Under the pieces are notes generated by a model, which had not been told where the DNA came from, did not search any database, and saw nothing but the letters and a program-made list of their open reading frames with translations. From NCBI GenBank assembly GCA_965216325.1, contig OZ244160.1:2208001-2272000 (forward strand): a DNA stretch of 64,000 bases, in the 5' to 3' direction. Shown here one piece after another: positions 29,849 through 43,871 of the stretch (within the stretch, counting starts at the first letter, position 1; each line of letters begins with the position of its first letter). Both the position numbers and the translations under genes were made by a program. The DNA comes from Coraliomargarita sp. (GTDB lineage: Bacteria > Verrucomicrobiota > Verrucomicrobiia > Opitutales > Coraliomargaritaceae).

Positions 29849-30634
29849 ATGAAGGCTCAAAAATTTTCTGCTGGTGAATTGATTGTTCGTGAGGGTGATG
29901 CTGCCGAGTCGGCATTCTATTTAGCCTCTGGGGTTGTGGAGGTGTTTGTGGGCGCTTCGGATGGCGAGAAGTTTGTGGCGGAACAGTTTGCTGGGGATTT
30001 TTTTGGGGAAATGGGAATGATTTTGGAGCAACCGCGTATGGCATCGGTTCGTGCGAAGACCGATGTCGAGGTTGAGGAATATGATATCGAAAGCTTTGAG
30101 GAGGATGTAATCAATAATGCCGACCGTAGGAATGTGTATCTGCCGAATCTGTTTGAGCGTATTCGGGTGATTTCGAGCCTCTTGCGAAATGCGATTGATG
30201 GCGAGGTCGGCTCGACCGTGTGTCGCCTTGAGGCGGACGGTGGTGAGGTTCCTGTGCCTGTATCGGAGGAGGTTCTCCCCCTTAGGCTTCGGAGTGTCGA
30301 GCCGCTCGATGGCGCATCTGCATGCCTGGATCTAACTATTAAGCGCTTCCCGTTTAATATCGGACGCAGCTCGCGGAGTAAGGTTTTGGTTGAGAATGAT
30401 TACTATCTGGATGATAAGCGTCCGCATCAGGTGTCGCGTGGGCACTGTGTCATTGAGAGGCGTGGAGCTTCCTATGTGGTTCGAGATCGTTATAGTTCCT
30501 GTGGCACGATTTTGAACGGTGAGCGCTTGGGCAGGGAGGGGGCTGCCTTTGTGGGAGTCCTCAAGGCTGGTCAGAATCAGCTTATTTTGGGGGACGAGGG
30601 GAGCTCATTTAAATTCGAGCTCATCCTTGGGTAG
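29849..30634 (+). CDS. Cyclic-nucleotide-binding plus FHA domain protein
   Basis: GDFFGEMG...PRMASVRA (cNMP) and IGR...VSRGHC...S.CGT.LNG (FHA). Confidence 0.88.
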   Translation: MKAQKFSAGELIVREGDAAESAFYLASGVVEVFVGASDGEKFVAEQFAGDFFGEMGMILEQPRMASVRAKTDVEVEEYDIESFEEDVINNADRRNVYLPNLFERIRVISSLLRNAIDGEVGSTVCRLEADGGEVPVPVSEEVLPLRLRSVEPLDGASACLDLTIKRFPFNIGRSSRSKVLVENDYYLDDKRPHQVSRGHCVIERRGASYVVRDRYSSCGTILNGERLGREGAAFVGVLKAGQNQLILGDEGSSFKFELILG

Positions 30635-30651
30635 TCGCTGTTGAGGGCAAT

Positions 30652-32316
30652 TTAACTCTGCTGATCTATGATCTGCGGTGTCTGGGCATTTTCGCGGAGT
30701 AGGGCGCTGAGCTCGAGTAGTAAGCTCTCTCTGTCCGGGGTGAAAATGAAGCGGTCGCTTCCGAGCTTTCTGTAGGCTTCTACGAGTAAGTCGGTTTGTG
30801 GGCGGCGCATTTGTAGGAATCGAGTGAGTAGTCGGTTCAGGTTTTCCGTGTTGCCGAGTTCGAGTTCGATGCGGATGAGTTCCGATAGAATTTTCTGGTT
30901 GCTTGGTGCCAGTTGGTAGGCGGTGAGTAGGATTTTACGGGCTTGAGGGGCGCGATCGATGTTTGTGAAGCGGCGAGCGACTGCGAGGTAGGTCTGTGCT
31001 GGGGTGCCGACTTCATCGACAAAGTCTTGTAGGTAAATCTCGCCCTCATCCGGCCTGTTGATTCCGTAGGATGCTACGGCTCTTAGGCTTTGGAAGATTG
31101 CGCGTCGCTTGGTCAGCCACTCGGGGTTTTCTTTGATTAGTTCCTCGGCGAAGCTAAGGGCGCCGCTGTAGTCTTTTGAGACGAGGTGGGCTTCGATGAG
31201 TAGGAGTGCGAAGCTGTCGATATCGAATTCGTTCTCCAAGGCTTCTTCGTAGGTCCGACGGGCCAGTTCGATGTTGCCAGTGTCGGCCCCAAAGTTTGCG
31301 AGGGCTTGTAGTGCGCCTTCATCATCGCGAAACTGCTTGAGCATGTTCTTTGTTTCGCGGTTTTCTCGTTCAGTGTCGCCGGTTTTGTTGTAAATATACA
31401 GGAGTTCGATGCGTGGTGCGGAGCTCAGGGGGGCGGCAACATTCCTTAAAATGGCGTATTGCCGTGCTTGCTCGAGATTGCCGAGTTCGCGGTTGTAGCG
31501 GCTGAGTTGCATCAGTAGTGCTTCGGATCCGGGGAACTTGTTCAGGGATTGCTCCATTTTGGTGATGGCCGCCACCTGATTGCCTCGGTCCCAGCTGATT
31601 TGAGCGGATAGGAGCACTCCCTCGCTAGTGTCGGTCATGTGGTATGCCAGGATGTAGTCGTCTGCGAGATCGTAGTTGCCTCTGAGGTAGTTTGCATTTG
31701 CAGCGCCAAAGGCTAGCAGGCGGTTGCGGTCGCTTAGTTCGGGCTCTGCGGGTAGGTATTGGTCGGCAAGCGCTTGGATTTCGCTGTCCATTTGGTGGCG
31801 CAAGAGCAGTTGGAGGGTTTGTTTTAGGTAGCGAGTGTCTTCGACGCCTCCGTAGTCTAGTCCGCCGAGGAGCATTTCGGCGGCTCGGTCTGGCCGTTTG
31901 AGGGCTAATTCAAACAATGATGCAACGATTAAGCGGCCTTCGAGATTGCTGGGTGCGCGGGCGACCCCCAAGCGGATGAGTCTGAGTCCGTCACGAACTT
32001 CACCTTGATTCAGCAGTTCAATGCCCTTGCTGACATGGAAGTTGCCCATTTTTTCGCGAATTTCCGCTCGTTTTAGCAGCACCACGTCTGAGTAGGAGAC
32101 TTCGTCGAACTCTTTCTTGTATTTATACACCAAGAAGAGGCCGCTGGAGAAAATGAGCCAGCTTGCGAGGCTGAGCGCTACGAAGGCTGCTGTGAGGCGC
32201 CCCCAGCGCATCGAGATCTCGATGCGTCCGTCCGGTCGCTTCCTCTGTAGTGCGAATCCAAATAATACGGTTTTTTCTCTGGTGAATGGAGGGGTGCTTT
32301 TGCCGCGACTTGTCAT
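30652..32316 (-). CDS. Membrane-anchored TPR-like helical protein
   Basis: N-terminal TM helix followed by repeated TPR-like helices. Confidence 0.75.
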   Translation of the reverse strand: MTSRGKSTPPFTREKTVLFGFALQRKRPDGRIEISMRWGRLTAAFVALSLASWLIFSSGLFLVYKYKKEFDEVSYSDVVLLKRAEIREKMGNFHVSKGIELLNQGEVRDGLRLIRLGVARAPSNLEGRLIVASLFELALKRPDRAAEMLLGGLDYGGVEDTRYLKQTLQLLLRHQMDSEIQALADQYLPAEPELSDRNRLLAFGAANANYLRGNYDLADDYILAYHMTDTSEGVLLSAQISWDRGNQVAAITKMEQSLNKFPGSEALLMQLSRYNRELGNLEQARQYAILRNVAAPLSSAPRIELLYIYNKTGDTERENRETKNMLKQFRDDEGALQALANFGADTGNIELARRTYEEALENEFDIDSFALLLIEAHLVSKDYSGALSFAEELIKENPEWLTKRRAIFQSLRAVASYGINRPDEGEIYLQDFVDEVGTPAQTYLAVARRFTNIDRAPQARKILLTAYQLAPSNQKILSELIRIELELGNTENLNRLLTRFLQMRRPQTDLLVEAYRKLGSDRFIFTPDRESLLLELSALLRENAQTPQIIDQQS

Positions 32317-32520
32317 TGGGTCTGTGTAGATGGTTTGCTAATTATGTTGCGACTTGTTTTTGGCGATATTATTGATGAACGCCAAGCTCAAAGACTCCTT
32401 TCATCTGCAGCTGGGGGGTGTTACGCTTGCGTCACGGAAATAGAATGAAAAATAGCATTGATATCCACGGAATCCCTCAGTACCAAAGAGTGTTTAAAAG
32501 GGAAAATACCCACTAACGAA

Positions 32521-33735
32521 ATGACTACAGTATCTCGACTTCTCTTGGCGGCTGCCCCATGCCTGATGTTTACCCCAACTCTGGTTCATGCATCGCCATT
32601 GGTTTCTATTGGGGATAACGCGGATTTATTTTTCAACGGTTCCAGTAGTGTGCGCTGGACGTCCAATTTGTTCCGAGACGAACGCGACGAGGAGGAGGAT
32701 ATTGTCTACACCTTCCGCCCGGGAGTTGAGCTGAATATCGGTCGTGGTTTGAGCACGACTGATTTTAGCATCATTACGAGTTACGAGGTGCGCCGCTACG
32801 ACGACAATACCGATTTGGACACGGAGCTGTTTCACATTGCCGGCTTTGGTAGCTATAAGGGGAGTCGTCTCGATTTGAGCGGGCGTGCTTCGTTTGATGA
32901 GCGCCAGACGACTTCGGGTGATGCGAATCGGACGGGTGATTTGATCGAGTCGGAAGTGTCTGCGGGGAGTTTAAATGGCGAGTATCGCTTCTCGCCTAAA
33001 TTCAGCTTCGGTTCCGGGGTTAGCTACAGTCAAACTGAGTACCAGAACTTTCAGGAGAGTTTTAGTGATAAGGAGTCGTTTTCTGTTCCTGTTGATTTGT
33101 TTTACGAGTTGACGCCCAAGGTGGATCTGAGTGTGGGCTACGTGTATCGGAATCTGGATGATGACGGGCGCGTAGACTCAAGTGGCAATGTTTTTGATAG
33201 CTATGACTACGATTCGCACTTTTTCAATGTCGGTGCGCGCGGTCAGTTATTGCCGAAGTTGAGCGGCTTCTTTAAGGTAGGGTATCGCTATCGCGATTCC
33301 TATGACCGTGATGCATTGATAGATGGTGGTGTGACTCCTAAGGATCTTGGTCAGGACTCCAGTGGCATGTTGGGTGTGGATGCGGATTTGACTTGGGCGA
33401 TTTCGCCGAAATTGACGTCTACTATTGGTCTTTCGCGTGATTTTGGTGCTTCGGGGGAGGGGCAGTCGACGGAGAATACTTCGGTGAATGTTTCTGCAAG
33501 CTACTCAATCAGCCCTTATTGGTCGGCGAGTTCTTATGCTCGTTACACCTTGCGTGAGTATGACGTTTCGAATCGCGAAGATGATCAGTATGCCTTGGGC
33601 TTGCGTGCAAACTATACGCCCAACCGTTACTGGCGCTTCAGTGGTGGTTATCGCTATGACGAGAATGATTCTGACGCGACAAACCAAAGCTACGAGCAGC
33701 ACAATTTTGACATTACCGCGACTCTGCGCTACTAA
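32521..33735 (+). CDS. Outer-membrane beta-barrel associated with polysaccharide export
   Basis: Signal peptide, beta-strand pattern, terminal aromatic (LRY); upstream of wza/wzc. Confidence 0.8.
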   Translation: MTTVSRLLLAAAPCLMFTPTLVHASPLVSIGDNADLFFNGSSSVRWTSNLFRDERDEEEDIVYTFRPGVELNIGRGLSTTDFSIITSYEVRRYDDNTDLDTELFHIAGFGSYKGSRLDLSGRASFDERQTTSGDANRTGDLIESEVSAGSLNGEYRFSPKFSFGSGVSYSQTEYQNFQESFSDKESFSVPVDLFYELTPKVDLSVGYVYRNLDDDGRVDSSGNVFDSYDYDSHFFNVGARGQLLPKLSGFFKVGYRYRDSYDRDALIDGGVTPKDLGQDSSGMLGVDADLTWAISPKLTSTIGLSRDFGASGEGQSTENTSVNVSASYSISPYWSASSYARYTLREYDVSNREDDQYALGLRANYTPNRYWRFSGGYRYDENDSDATNQSYEQHNFDITATLRY

Positions 33736-33800
33736 CTCAATGATAACAAAATCCCTTTGTTTGGGTCGGAAATGCCTCTAGATGGGGCATTTTTTAGTTT

Positions 33801-34454
33801 ATGAAAGCATTTAGCTATACCCTGTTTTTACTACTGACTTTCTGTGTGGCAGCATTTGCGCAGGATACTGCCTCTAGTGACTCCGGCTCTGCGTCGCGCT
33901 TGAGCTCGACATCGTCTGTTTCGATGGGTGTTGGGGTCGGCTTGGCTGTGGGGTCTAATTATGTCCTGAAGGCCTCGGATGTCATCGATGTGTCGGTTTA
34001 TCAGGAGGACGACCTGTCGAAGCAGGCTCGAATTGAGGGGGATGGCACGGTATCGCTAGCGTTGATCGGCAAGGTTAAAGTTGCGGGGATGACGGTGGCG
34101 GAGTCTCAGTCTTTAATTACGGATTTGTATAATCGTGATTATATTGTAGATCCGCAGGTCTCGGTCTTGGTGGTTTCGTTCTCACCAAAATTTGTGCGCG
34201 TGCTGGGGCATGTTGGCTCGCCCGGGCAAGTTCAGATCCCGCCGGATCAAGATCTAACGCTGATTGATGCAATTACGCAGTGTCGAGGTGTCACGCGCTT
34301 GGGGAATGATAAGAATATTACGATTTCCAGAGTCCGGGAAGATGGGCGGACGCAGTCATTTGAGGTCAACTTTAAGAAGATCAAGTTGGGAGAGGCAAAA
34401 GACTATGTTCTCCAAGAGGGGGACACGATTTATGTGCCTGAGCGTGTCATTTAA
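33801..34454 (+). CDS. wza: Polysaccharide export protein (Poly_export plus SLBB)
   Basis: Y.L...D.I.VSVYQE.DL, DG.VSL.LIG.V.VAG.T, GDTIYVPE. Confidence 0.88.
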   Translation: MKAFSYTLFLLLTFCVAAFAQDTASSDSGSASRLSSTSSVSMGVGVGLAVGSNYVLKASDVIDVSVYQEDDLSKQARIEGDGTVSLALIGKVKVAGMTVAESQSLITDLYNRDYIVDPQVSVLVVSFSPKFVRVLGHVGSPGQVQIPPDQDLTLIDAITQCRGVTRLGNDKNITISRVREDGRTQSFEVNFKKIKLGEAKDYVLQEGDTIYVPERVI

Positions 34455-34474
34455 TTGTATAAGATTTTGAGAGA

Positions 34475-36742
34475 ATGAAGAACGACTATATTCGCGGTGG
34501 GCCTGATCCGAGTTCTGGTGGTTATGGCTATGGTTATGGTGCCGGTGGCTACAGCTATGGTGGGGGTAATTATGGTTATGGTAGTTATGGGGGCGGTGGC
34601 TATGAACAGGGCCCCCAGCGCTCCTTGAAGGATTACATGTTGATCTTTCGTGAGCGTATCTGGTGGTTGATTGTTGCGTTCTTCATTATTTTTTCAGGTG
34701 CGATCCTGTATACGTTTAATAAAACAAAGGTGTATACGGCTGCGGCGCAGGTGCGCATGTTGCGTGATGACCCGACTCCGATCGCGGAGAACCAGGGCTT
34801 GTCGGATGAGAATATTATCCGTGGTGCTGAGGATTTGAATACGCAAATCAGTCTTCTCGAGAGTCTTAAGGTAATTAAGGGGGTCGAGCAGCGTCTGTCT
34901 GAGGATGAGCTGAAGAAGTTTATGCTTCCTTATGAGGGGGGCTATACCGGGGCGCTGACTCCTTCTGAAATCCTAATCCGGAATCGTAAGATTATTCCGC
35001 GCCGCATGAGTCTGATGATTAATGTGGCTTATTCGCATCCGGATCCTGATTTGGCTGCCCGGGTTGCTAATTTATTTGCGGAAGAGTTTATTAATTTCAA
35101 TGTCTCTCAGAATATTGATTCGGGAATGGGCGCCGTTGAGGGCTTGCGCATTAAGGTTGATCAGCAGAAAGAGCGCGTTGAAGAGTTGGAGCTCAAGCTT
35201 GCTGAATATCGTGAGCGACATGATGCGGTATCTTTGAGTGCGGACGAGGACATTGATCGTGAGCAGCTTGCAAGTTTGAATGCGATTAAGACTGGAGCTA
35301 AGAACACATTCGACCTGATCGAGACGAAGTGGAATCTGGTCGAGACGTTTAAGCGTGAAGGTCGTGACTTGTGGGAGTTGTCTTTTGTAGCCGAGCAGGC
35401 GCAGGTCGCCTCTTTGCTGGAGCGAATTTCGAGTACTAAGATCAATATTTCTGCGCTGAGCAAGCGTTACCGGGAAAAGCATCCTACGATGATTCAGCAG
35501 CTACAGACCTTGCAGGAGTCTGAGGTTGAACTCGCGGCTGCCGTTGAGAATTCGGTGAACAAGTTGGAGGCTTCTTTTGTTGAGGCAAAGAGTAATTTTG
35601 AGTTAGCCAGTAAACGACTTGCTGAAAAGTCTTCTGAGCTGATTGAGTTAAGTAAAACGCGTATTGAATACAACACTCTGCTGCGTGAGCTTGCGGTGGA
35701 GCAGGAGTCCCTGCAGCTCTGGGAGAGTAACATGATTCAGAAGAAGGCTGCGATTGGCCTGACTGAAGCCAGTGCACGTATCGTCGACCAGGCGTTTCCT
35801 CCCATTAAGCATTCGTCGCCAAATATTATTATGAACTTATTGGCGGGTGCCTTCGCCGGTCTCGCGGTGGGTGGCGGTTTGGTCTTTCTGGTGGCTTTCT
35901 TGGATGACCGTGTTAAGAGTGCCTTTGACGTTGAGGGCACGATTGGCTTGCCGCTGCTAGGTGTAATTCCTCGGATTAAGAAGCTGGACTCCAGTTCGAA
36001 GGCGCAGGCCGTGGCCTCGAATGTTGACCGTCACGTGACTGAGACGTTCCGATCGATTCATTCCTCAATGAAGCTGAATGATGAGAGTAAGAATGCAAAG
36101 ATCATTGTTTCTACCAGCACGGTGCCAGGTGAGGGGAAGTCTTTTGTTAGCTCTAATCTTGCGCTGACTTTCTCGAACCACGGTGAAAAGACTCTGCTCT
36201 TGGATGGTGACCTTCGTTTGTCGAATGTTGCTGCATCGTTGCAGTTGGAGAATGAGATTGGCGTGCTTGATCATGTTGAGAAGGCCAAGGATCTCGACGA
36301 TGTTATCATGAAGGAGGTTTATCCGAACCTCGACGTCATGCCTTCTGGTGGTAAATCCAAGAATCCGACTCAGGTTTTGGCTAGTGCTAAGTTTGAGGCC
36401 ATGTTGGCTGATTTACGCGACCGCTATGATCGTATCGTGATCGACTCACCGCCGCTTGCTGCGGTGAGTGACGCGCTCAATTTGCTGCCATATGTCGATG
36501 GTGTGGTTTACGTGATCAAGTTCAATACGGTGAAGCGTAAGGCTGCAGTTGCCAATGTTCGCCGCCTCTGGGAGGCGAATACACCTGTCTTTGGTGCAAT
36601 CTTGAACAATATCACTACATCGCTTTCTAGCTACTACTACTCGCAATACTCCGATAAGGCATATCAGGATTACTATATCCGCCAAGAGGAAGAGCTTGAG
36701 GAGGAGTTGGCAGGCTCAGCTGAGCCTGAAGTTCGCGCGTAG
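34475..36742 (+). CDS. wzc: Polysaccharide co-polymerase / BY-kinase
   Basis: Two TMs with periplasmic coiled coil, Walker A PGEGKS, DGDLR, IDSPP, C-terminal Tyr cluster. Confidence 0.92.
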   Translation: MKNDYIRGGPDPSSGGYGYGYGAGGYSYGGGNYGYGSYGGGGYEQGPQRSLKDYMLIFRERIWWLIVAFFIIFSGAILYTFNKTKVYTAAAQVRMLRDDPTPIAENQGLSDENIIRGAEDLNTQISLLESLKVIKGVEQRLSEDELKKFMLPYEGGYTGALTPSEILIRNRKIIPRRMSLMINVAYSHPDPDLAARVANLFAEEFINFNVSQNIDSGMGAVEGLRIKVDQQKERVEELELKLAEYRERHDAVSLSADEDIDREQLASLNAIKTGAKNTFDLIETKWNLVETFKREGRDLWELSFVAEQAQVASLLERISSTKINISALSKRYREKHPTMIQQLQTLQESEVELAAAVENSVNKLEASFVEAKSNFELASKRLAEKSSELIELSKTRIEYNTLLRELAVEQESLQLWESNMIQKKAAIGLTEASARIVDQAFPPIKHSSPNIIMNLLAGAFAGLAVGGGLVFLVAFLDDRVKSAFDVEGTIGLPLLGVIPRIKKLDSSSKAQAVASNVDRHVTETFRSIHSSMKLNDESKNAKIIVSTSTVPGEGKSFVSSNLALTFSNHGEKTLLLDGDLRLSNVAASLQLENEIGVLDHVEKAKDLDDVIMKEVYPNLDVMPSGGKSKNPTQVLASAKFEAMLADLRDRYDRIVIDSPPLAAVSDALNLLPYVDGVVYVIKFNTVKRKAAVANVRRLWEANTPVFGAILNNITTSLSSYYYSQYSDKAYQDYYIRQEEELEEELAGSAEPEVRA

Positions 36743-36847
36743 GATAATTTTATAAAATATTCGATCGAATGCTTGACAGCTAAGTTTCGAATAGCAGGAT
36801 ACGCGCTTCCTCTTCGTCACCAGGCGTCGAGTTACAGTTTAAATTCT

Positions 36848-36920
<73 letters not shown>

Positions 36921-36926
36921 GAAACC

Positions 36927-37039
<113 letters not shown>

Positions 37040-37082
37040 AGTGTGAATTGAATCTGCTGTGGAAACTCGCCGTTTTGCAGCA

Positions 37083-37637
37083 CTAGCTCTCGTCTGTACT
37101 TTTATTGGGGCGCTCGCGACTACCCTTGGGCCCTTTGCCATTCTTGTCTCCTTGCTGTGGGCCTTTGGGGCGCGGAGGTATGATGCCAGACTCTTTCATG
37201 AATTCATGGCGTTCTTCGGGAGGTAGGCTGCGAAGTTTCTCTCTAAGGGCGCGGCGCTCTTCAGGGCTCATGTTTTGCCAGCGCTGGCGCATCTCATCTC
37301 GCTTTTCCTTGGGTATTGCTTCGAAGCGCTCGCGCATGGCGTCGACCTCCTCTCTTGGCATTTTGTTGAGTGCCTTAAGGCGCTGCTTCATTGCTGTTTT
37401 CTCCTCGGGGCTCATTCCTTGGATGCGCTCAATAGTGGTTCTCAGTTCGCTCAATTGGGCGTCATCCATTTCCAGTAGGTGCTGCAGCATACGTGATTGG
37501 TTGTTGCCGCCCTTGCCTGTGGGGGCTTTGCGCTCGATTCCTTGCCGCACTGTGTCGCTACCACTGACTTGGGCAAATCCAGATAGGCTAAGTAGTAGGC
37601 TTAGCGCCACTAGGCTGGCTGTTTTCAGGTATTTCAT
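37083..37637 (-). CDS. Periplasmic helical-repeat protein (DUF3106/Spy-like)
   Basis: Signal peptide; repeated (M/L)(S/P)PEE(K/R) helices; third gene of the ECF operon. Confidence 0.8.
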   Translation of the reverse strand: MKYLKTASLVALSLLLSLSGFAQVSGSDTVRQGIERKAPTGKGGNNQSRMLQHLLEMDDAQLSELRTTIERIQGMSPEEKTAMKQRLKALNKMPREEVDAMRERFEAIPKEKRDEMRQRWQNMSPEERRALREKLRSLPPEERHEFMKESGIIPPRPKGPQQGDKNGKGPKGSRERPNKSTDES

Positions 37638-38086
37638 GATTGGATTTCGTAAAGCAGTGCGTCAAAGGTCGCGAGCAGTTCGCCGTTCCCGAGTTCGGTG
37701 GTTTCATCGGCTAGTGCTAGGCTTGTTAAGCTGTCCTCGATGAGAAAGATCTCTTGGGCATCAATTTCATTAACGGTGGCTGGCGCGATGTCATTTTCGC
37801 TGGCCTGGGAGATGGTCGTTGCCTTGGTAAAGCCTGCGTCTGGTTGGGTGGTCTCTTGCCTGAGTATAGTTGCTGACACCAGGGCGATGGCAATTGCCGC
37901 GGCGAGTGAGAGCGCGAAGCGAAGCACGTTTGAGCGTTCACTCTTTTCATTTGATGGACTCGGGGTCTCCTTCTCGCATGCTTCGAGCACGTGGCGGGCA
38001 AAGTCATCGCTCGGCTGGAGGGGGCGAGCCTTTAGTAATGCGTCGATCTGTTGATCTAGTGGATCGCGTGGGTCGGTGGTTTTCAT
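37634..38086 (-). CDS. Putative anti-sigma factor
   Basis: Single TM helix, PSDDF..HVL motif, directly after the ECF sigma. Confidence 0.7.
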   Translation of the reverse strand: MKTTDPRDPLDQQIDALLKARPLQPSDDFARHVLEACEKETPSPSNEKSERSNVLRFALSLAAAIAIALVSATILRQETTQPDAGFTKATTISQASENDIAPATVNEIDAQEIFLIEDSLTSLALADETTELGNGELLATFDALLYEIQS

Positions 38087-38104
38087 TGGTGGTGTTTGGC
38101 AAGT

Positions 38105-38749
38105 CTATGCTTGGTGGAAGTCTTTCAGTTCGTTGCGCAGATGGGTGCGTGCGCGGTGGATCCAAGTTTTAACTGCGCTGAGGCTGGCGCCCAGGGCTTC
38201 GGCAATTTCATCGTAGCTGAGGCCCTGTTGCTGGAGCATGAGAATTGCGTCGCGCTGATTGTCTGGCAGTGTGGCAAGCGCGCGGTGAAAGGCTTCTTCG
38301 ATTTCTCTCGTATGGTTGCTTTCCTCGGCCTGCTGTTGCATGACAAAGTCGGTTGGGTCGATGAAGTCGAGTGGTCGGCGGGAGCTTTTGCGGTAGCTGT
38401 CGATGAGTCGTCGGCGTGCGACCGTAAATATGTAGGCGTTGAAGGTGCCTCGAGCTTGGTAGCGCCCGGCTGCTCGGTAGAGTTCTAGGAAGGTTTCTTG
38501 GGCGAGATCCTCTGCGTCGGCTCGGTTACCGACAGATCGATAGAAGAAGTTGATTAGGCGTGCCTGCCAGCGCTCGACGATGCTCGCGAAGGCGCTGCGG
38601 TCGCCGGCCGCGATCGCTCTTAGGCAAGCGCTATCAATGTCTTCTACGTTTGTAATTGAGGGTGCCGGAGTGGTCGCTGTCATGCCGGGGCGTGCTTCAG
38701 TGGATGTGTTCCATTGAAAGGCTGCTGATGTGGTCGAGTCTGCATTCAT
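38105..38749 (-). CDS. ECF RNA polymerase sigma factor
   Basis: GDRSAF, AEDLAQETF, LP..QR, SYDEIAE.LG....VK..IHRAR. Confidence 0.95.
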   Translation of the reverse strand: MNADSTTSAAFQWNTSTEARPGMTATTPAPSITNVEDIDSACLRAIAAGDRSAFASIVERWQARLINFFYRSVGNRADAEDLAQETFLELYRAAGRYQARGTFNAYIFTVARRRLIDSYRKSSRRPLDFIDPTDFVMQQQAEESNHTREIEEAFHRALATLPDNQRDAILMLQQQGLSYDEIAEALGASLSAVKTWIHRARTHLRNELKDFHQA

Positions 38750-38762
38750 TTTGTGTAGATGA

Positions 38763-38788
38763 AATCGACATTTGGCAAAGAAAGTTGC
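38763..38788 (-). promoter_or_regulatory. Candidate autoregulatory ECF promoter GCAAC-N16-CGATT
   Basis: AAC-type -35 and CG-type -10 just upstream of the sigma start codon. Confidence 0.4.
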
Positions 38789-38874
38789 GGAAAATGTTGG
38801 TTTTCAACGAGTCGGTTGTAGCGCTTCGATTTTTTACAAAAAATGTTTCTCGTTTGCGTTATTTGGCCTGAAAG

Positions 38875-38909
38875 TTGTTCACAGTTGATTGTGAGTAACT
38901 TGTGTATAA
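38875..38909. promoter_or_regulatory. Three DnaA-box-like sites
   Basis: TTGTTCACA (38875), TGTGAGTAA (38890), TGTGTATAA (38901) versus TTATNCACA. Confidence 0.55.
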
Positions 38910-38956
38910 TTACTAGATATAGTGGTTGGGGTGGTTATTTTTACGATATATTGTGT
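38910..38956 (+). promoter_or_regulatory. Tandem NrdR boxes
   Basis: TTACTAGATATAGTGG (38910) and TTACGATATATTGTGT (38941), 31-bp offset, upstream of nrdB. Confidence 0.85.
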
Positions 38957-39133
38957 TCTCCTGTTGACACTACGGTATTTTCTGAGCAACCTTCGCAACC
39001 ACTACCAAGCGTTCTGTTGACCCTCTGAAGTAAGCTATCTGCCTGTTTTTCAAGGTCTTCTTGGGCTCTGCGTCCAAGGGAGTGCTCAAATTTTAAACAC
39101 CACGACACCCATCAACCAAACTTAACGACCACT

Positions 39134-40216
<1,083 letters not shown>

Positions 40217-40324
40217 GCCGGGTTCTAAACACTTTCCAAGTTGCGGACCGTCTACCACCGCAACTTGTGCTGACTGCCCCCTCCGCATCGAAAACAACAA
40301 AACTCTACCAGAAACAACTAACTA

Positions 40325-43567
<3,243 letters not shown>

Positions 43568-43712
43568 GAATGAGGGCTGAAAGCTGAAACTTGAAACCTG
43601 AGTGGTAAAACTTACTCAGCTTTCAAACTCAAGTCTCCGCCTTCTCTGTGATAACTCTCCTTAGTGTTTAGTGCCGCGTGTGTTGAGCGCGGGATTAATA
43701 AACAACAACTAC

Positions 43713-43747
43713 AGAGGCCGCCTCCGATTTTTTGGGGGCGGTCTTTT
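43713..43747 (+). terminator. Terminator of nrdBA
   Basis: AGAGGCCGCCTCC...GGGGGCGGTCTTTT. Confidence 0.75.
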
Positions 43748-43750
43748 CGT

Positions 43751-43829
43751 GTAGGGGCGCGACTTGACGCGCCCGTTTCAGGTTGAGGGGTCCTGTTTTT
43801 GGACGGGCGTGCGAAACGCTCGCCCCTAC
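43751..43829. repeat. GTAG REP doublet
   Basis: GTAGGGGCGCGACTTGACGCGCCCG ... CGGGCGTGCGAAACGCTCGCCCCTAC. Confidence 0.8.
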
Positions 43830-43871
43830 AATATTGCGTTTCTTAAATCCTGTGGTCTTCTTTAGCCAGCG

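Noticed and set aside
38105..38749. Local ECF sigma as the driver of the sRNA promoters
   Set aside because: Its own putative promoter (GCAAC-N16-CGATT) differs from GGAAC-N17-G[AT]CTA, so another sigma is more likely
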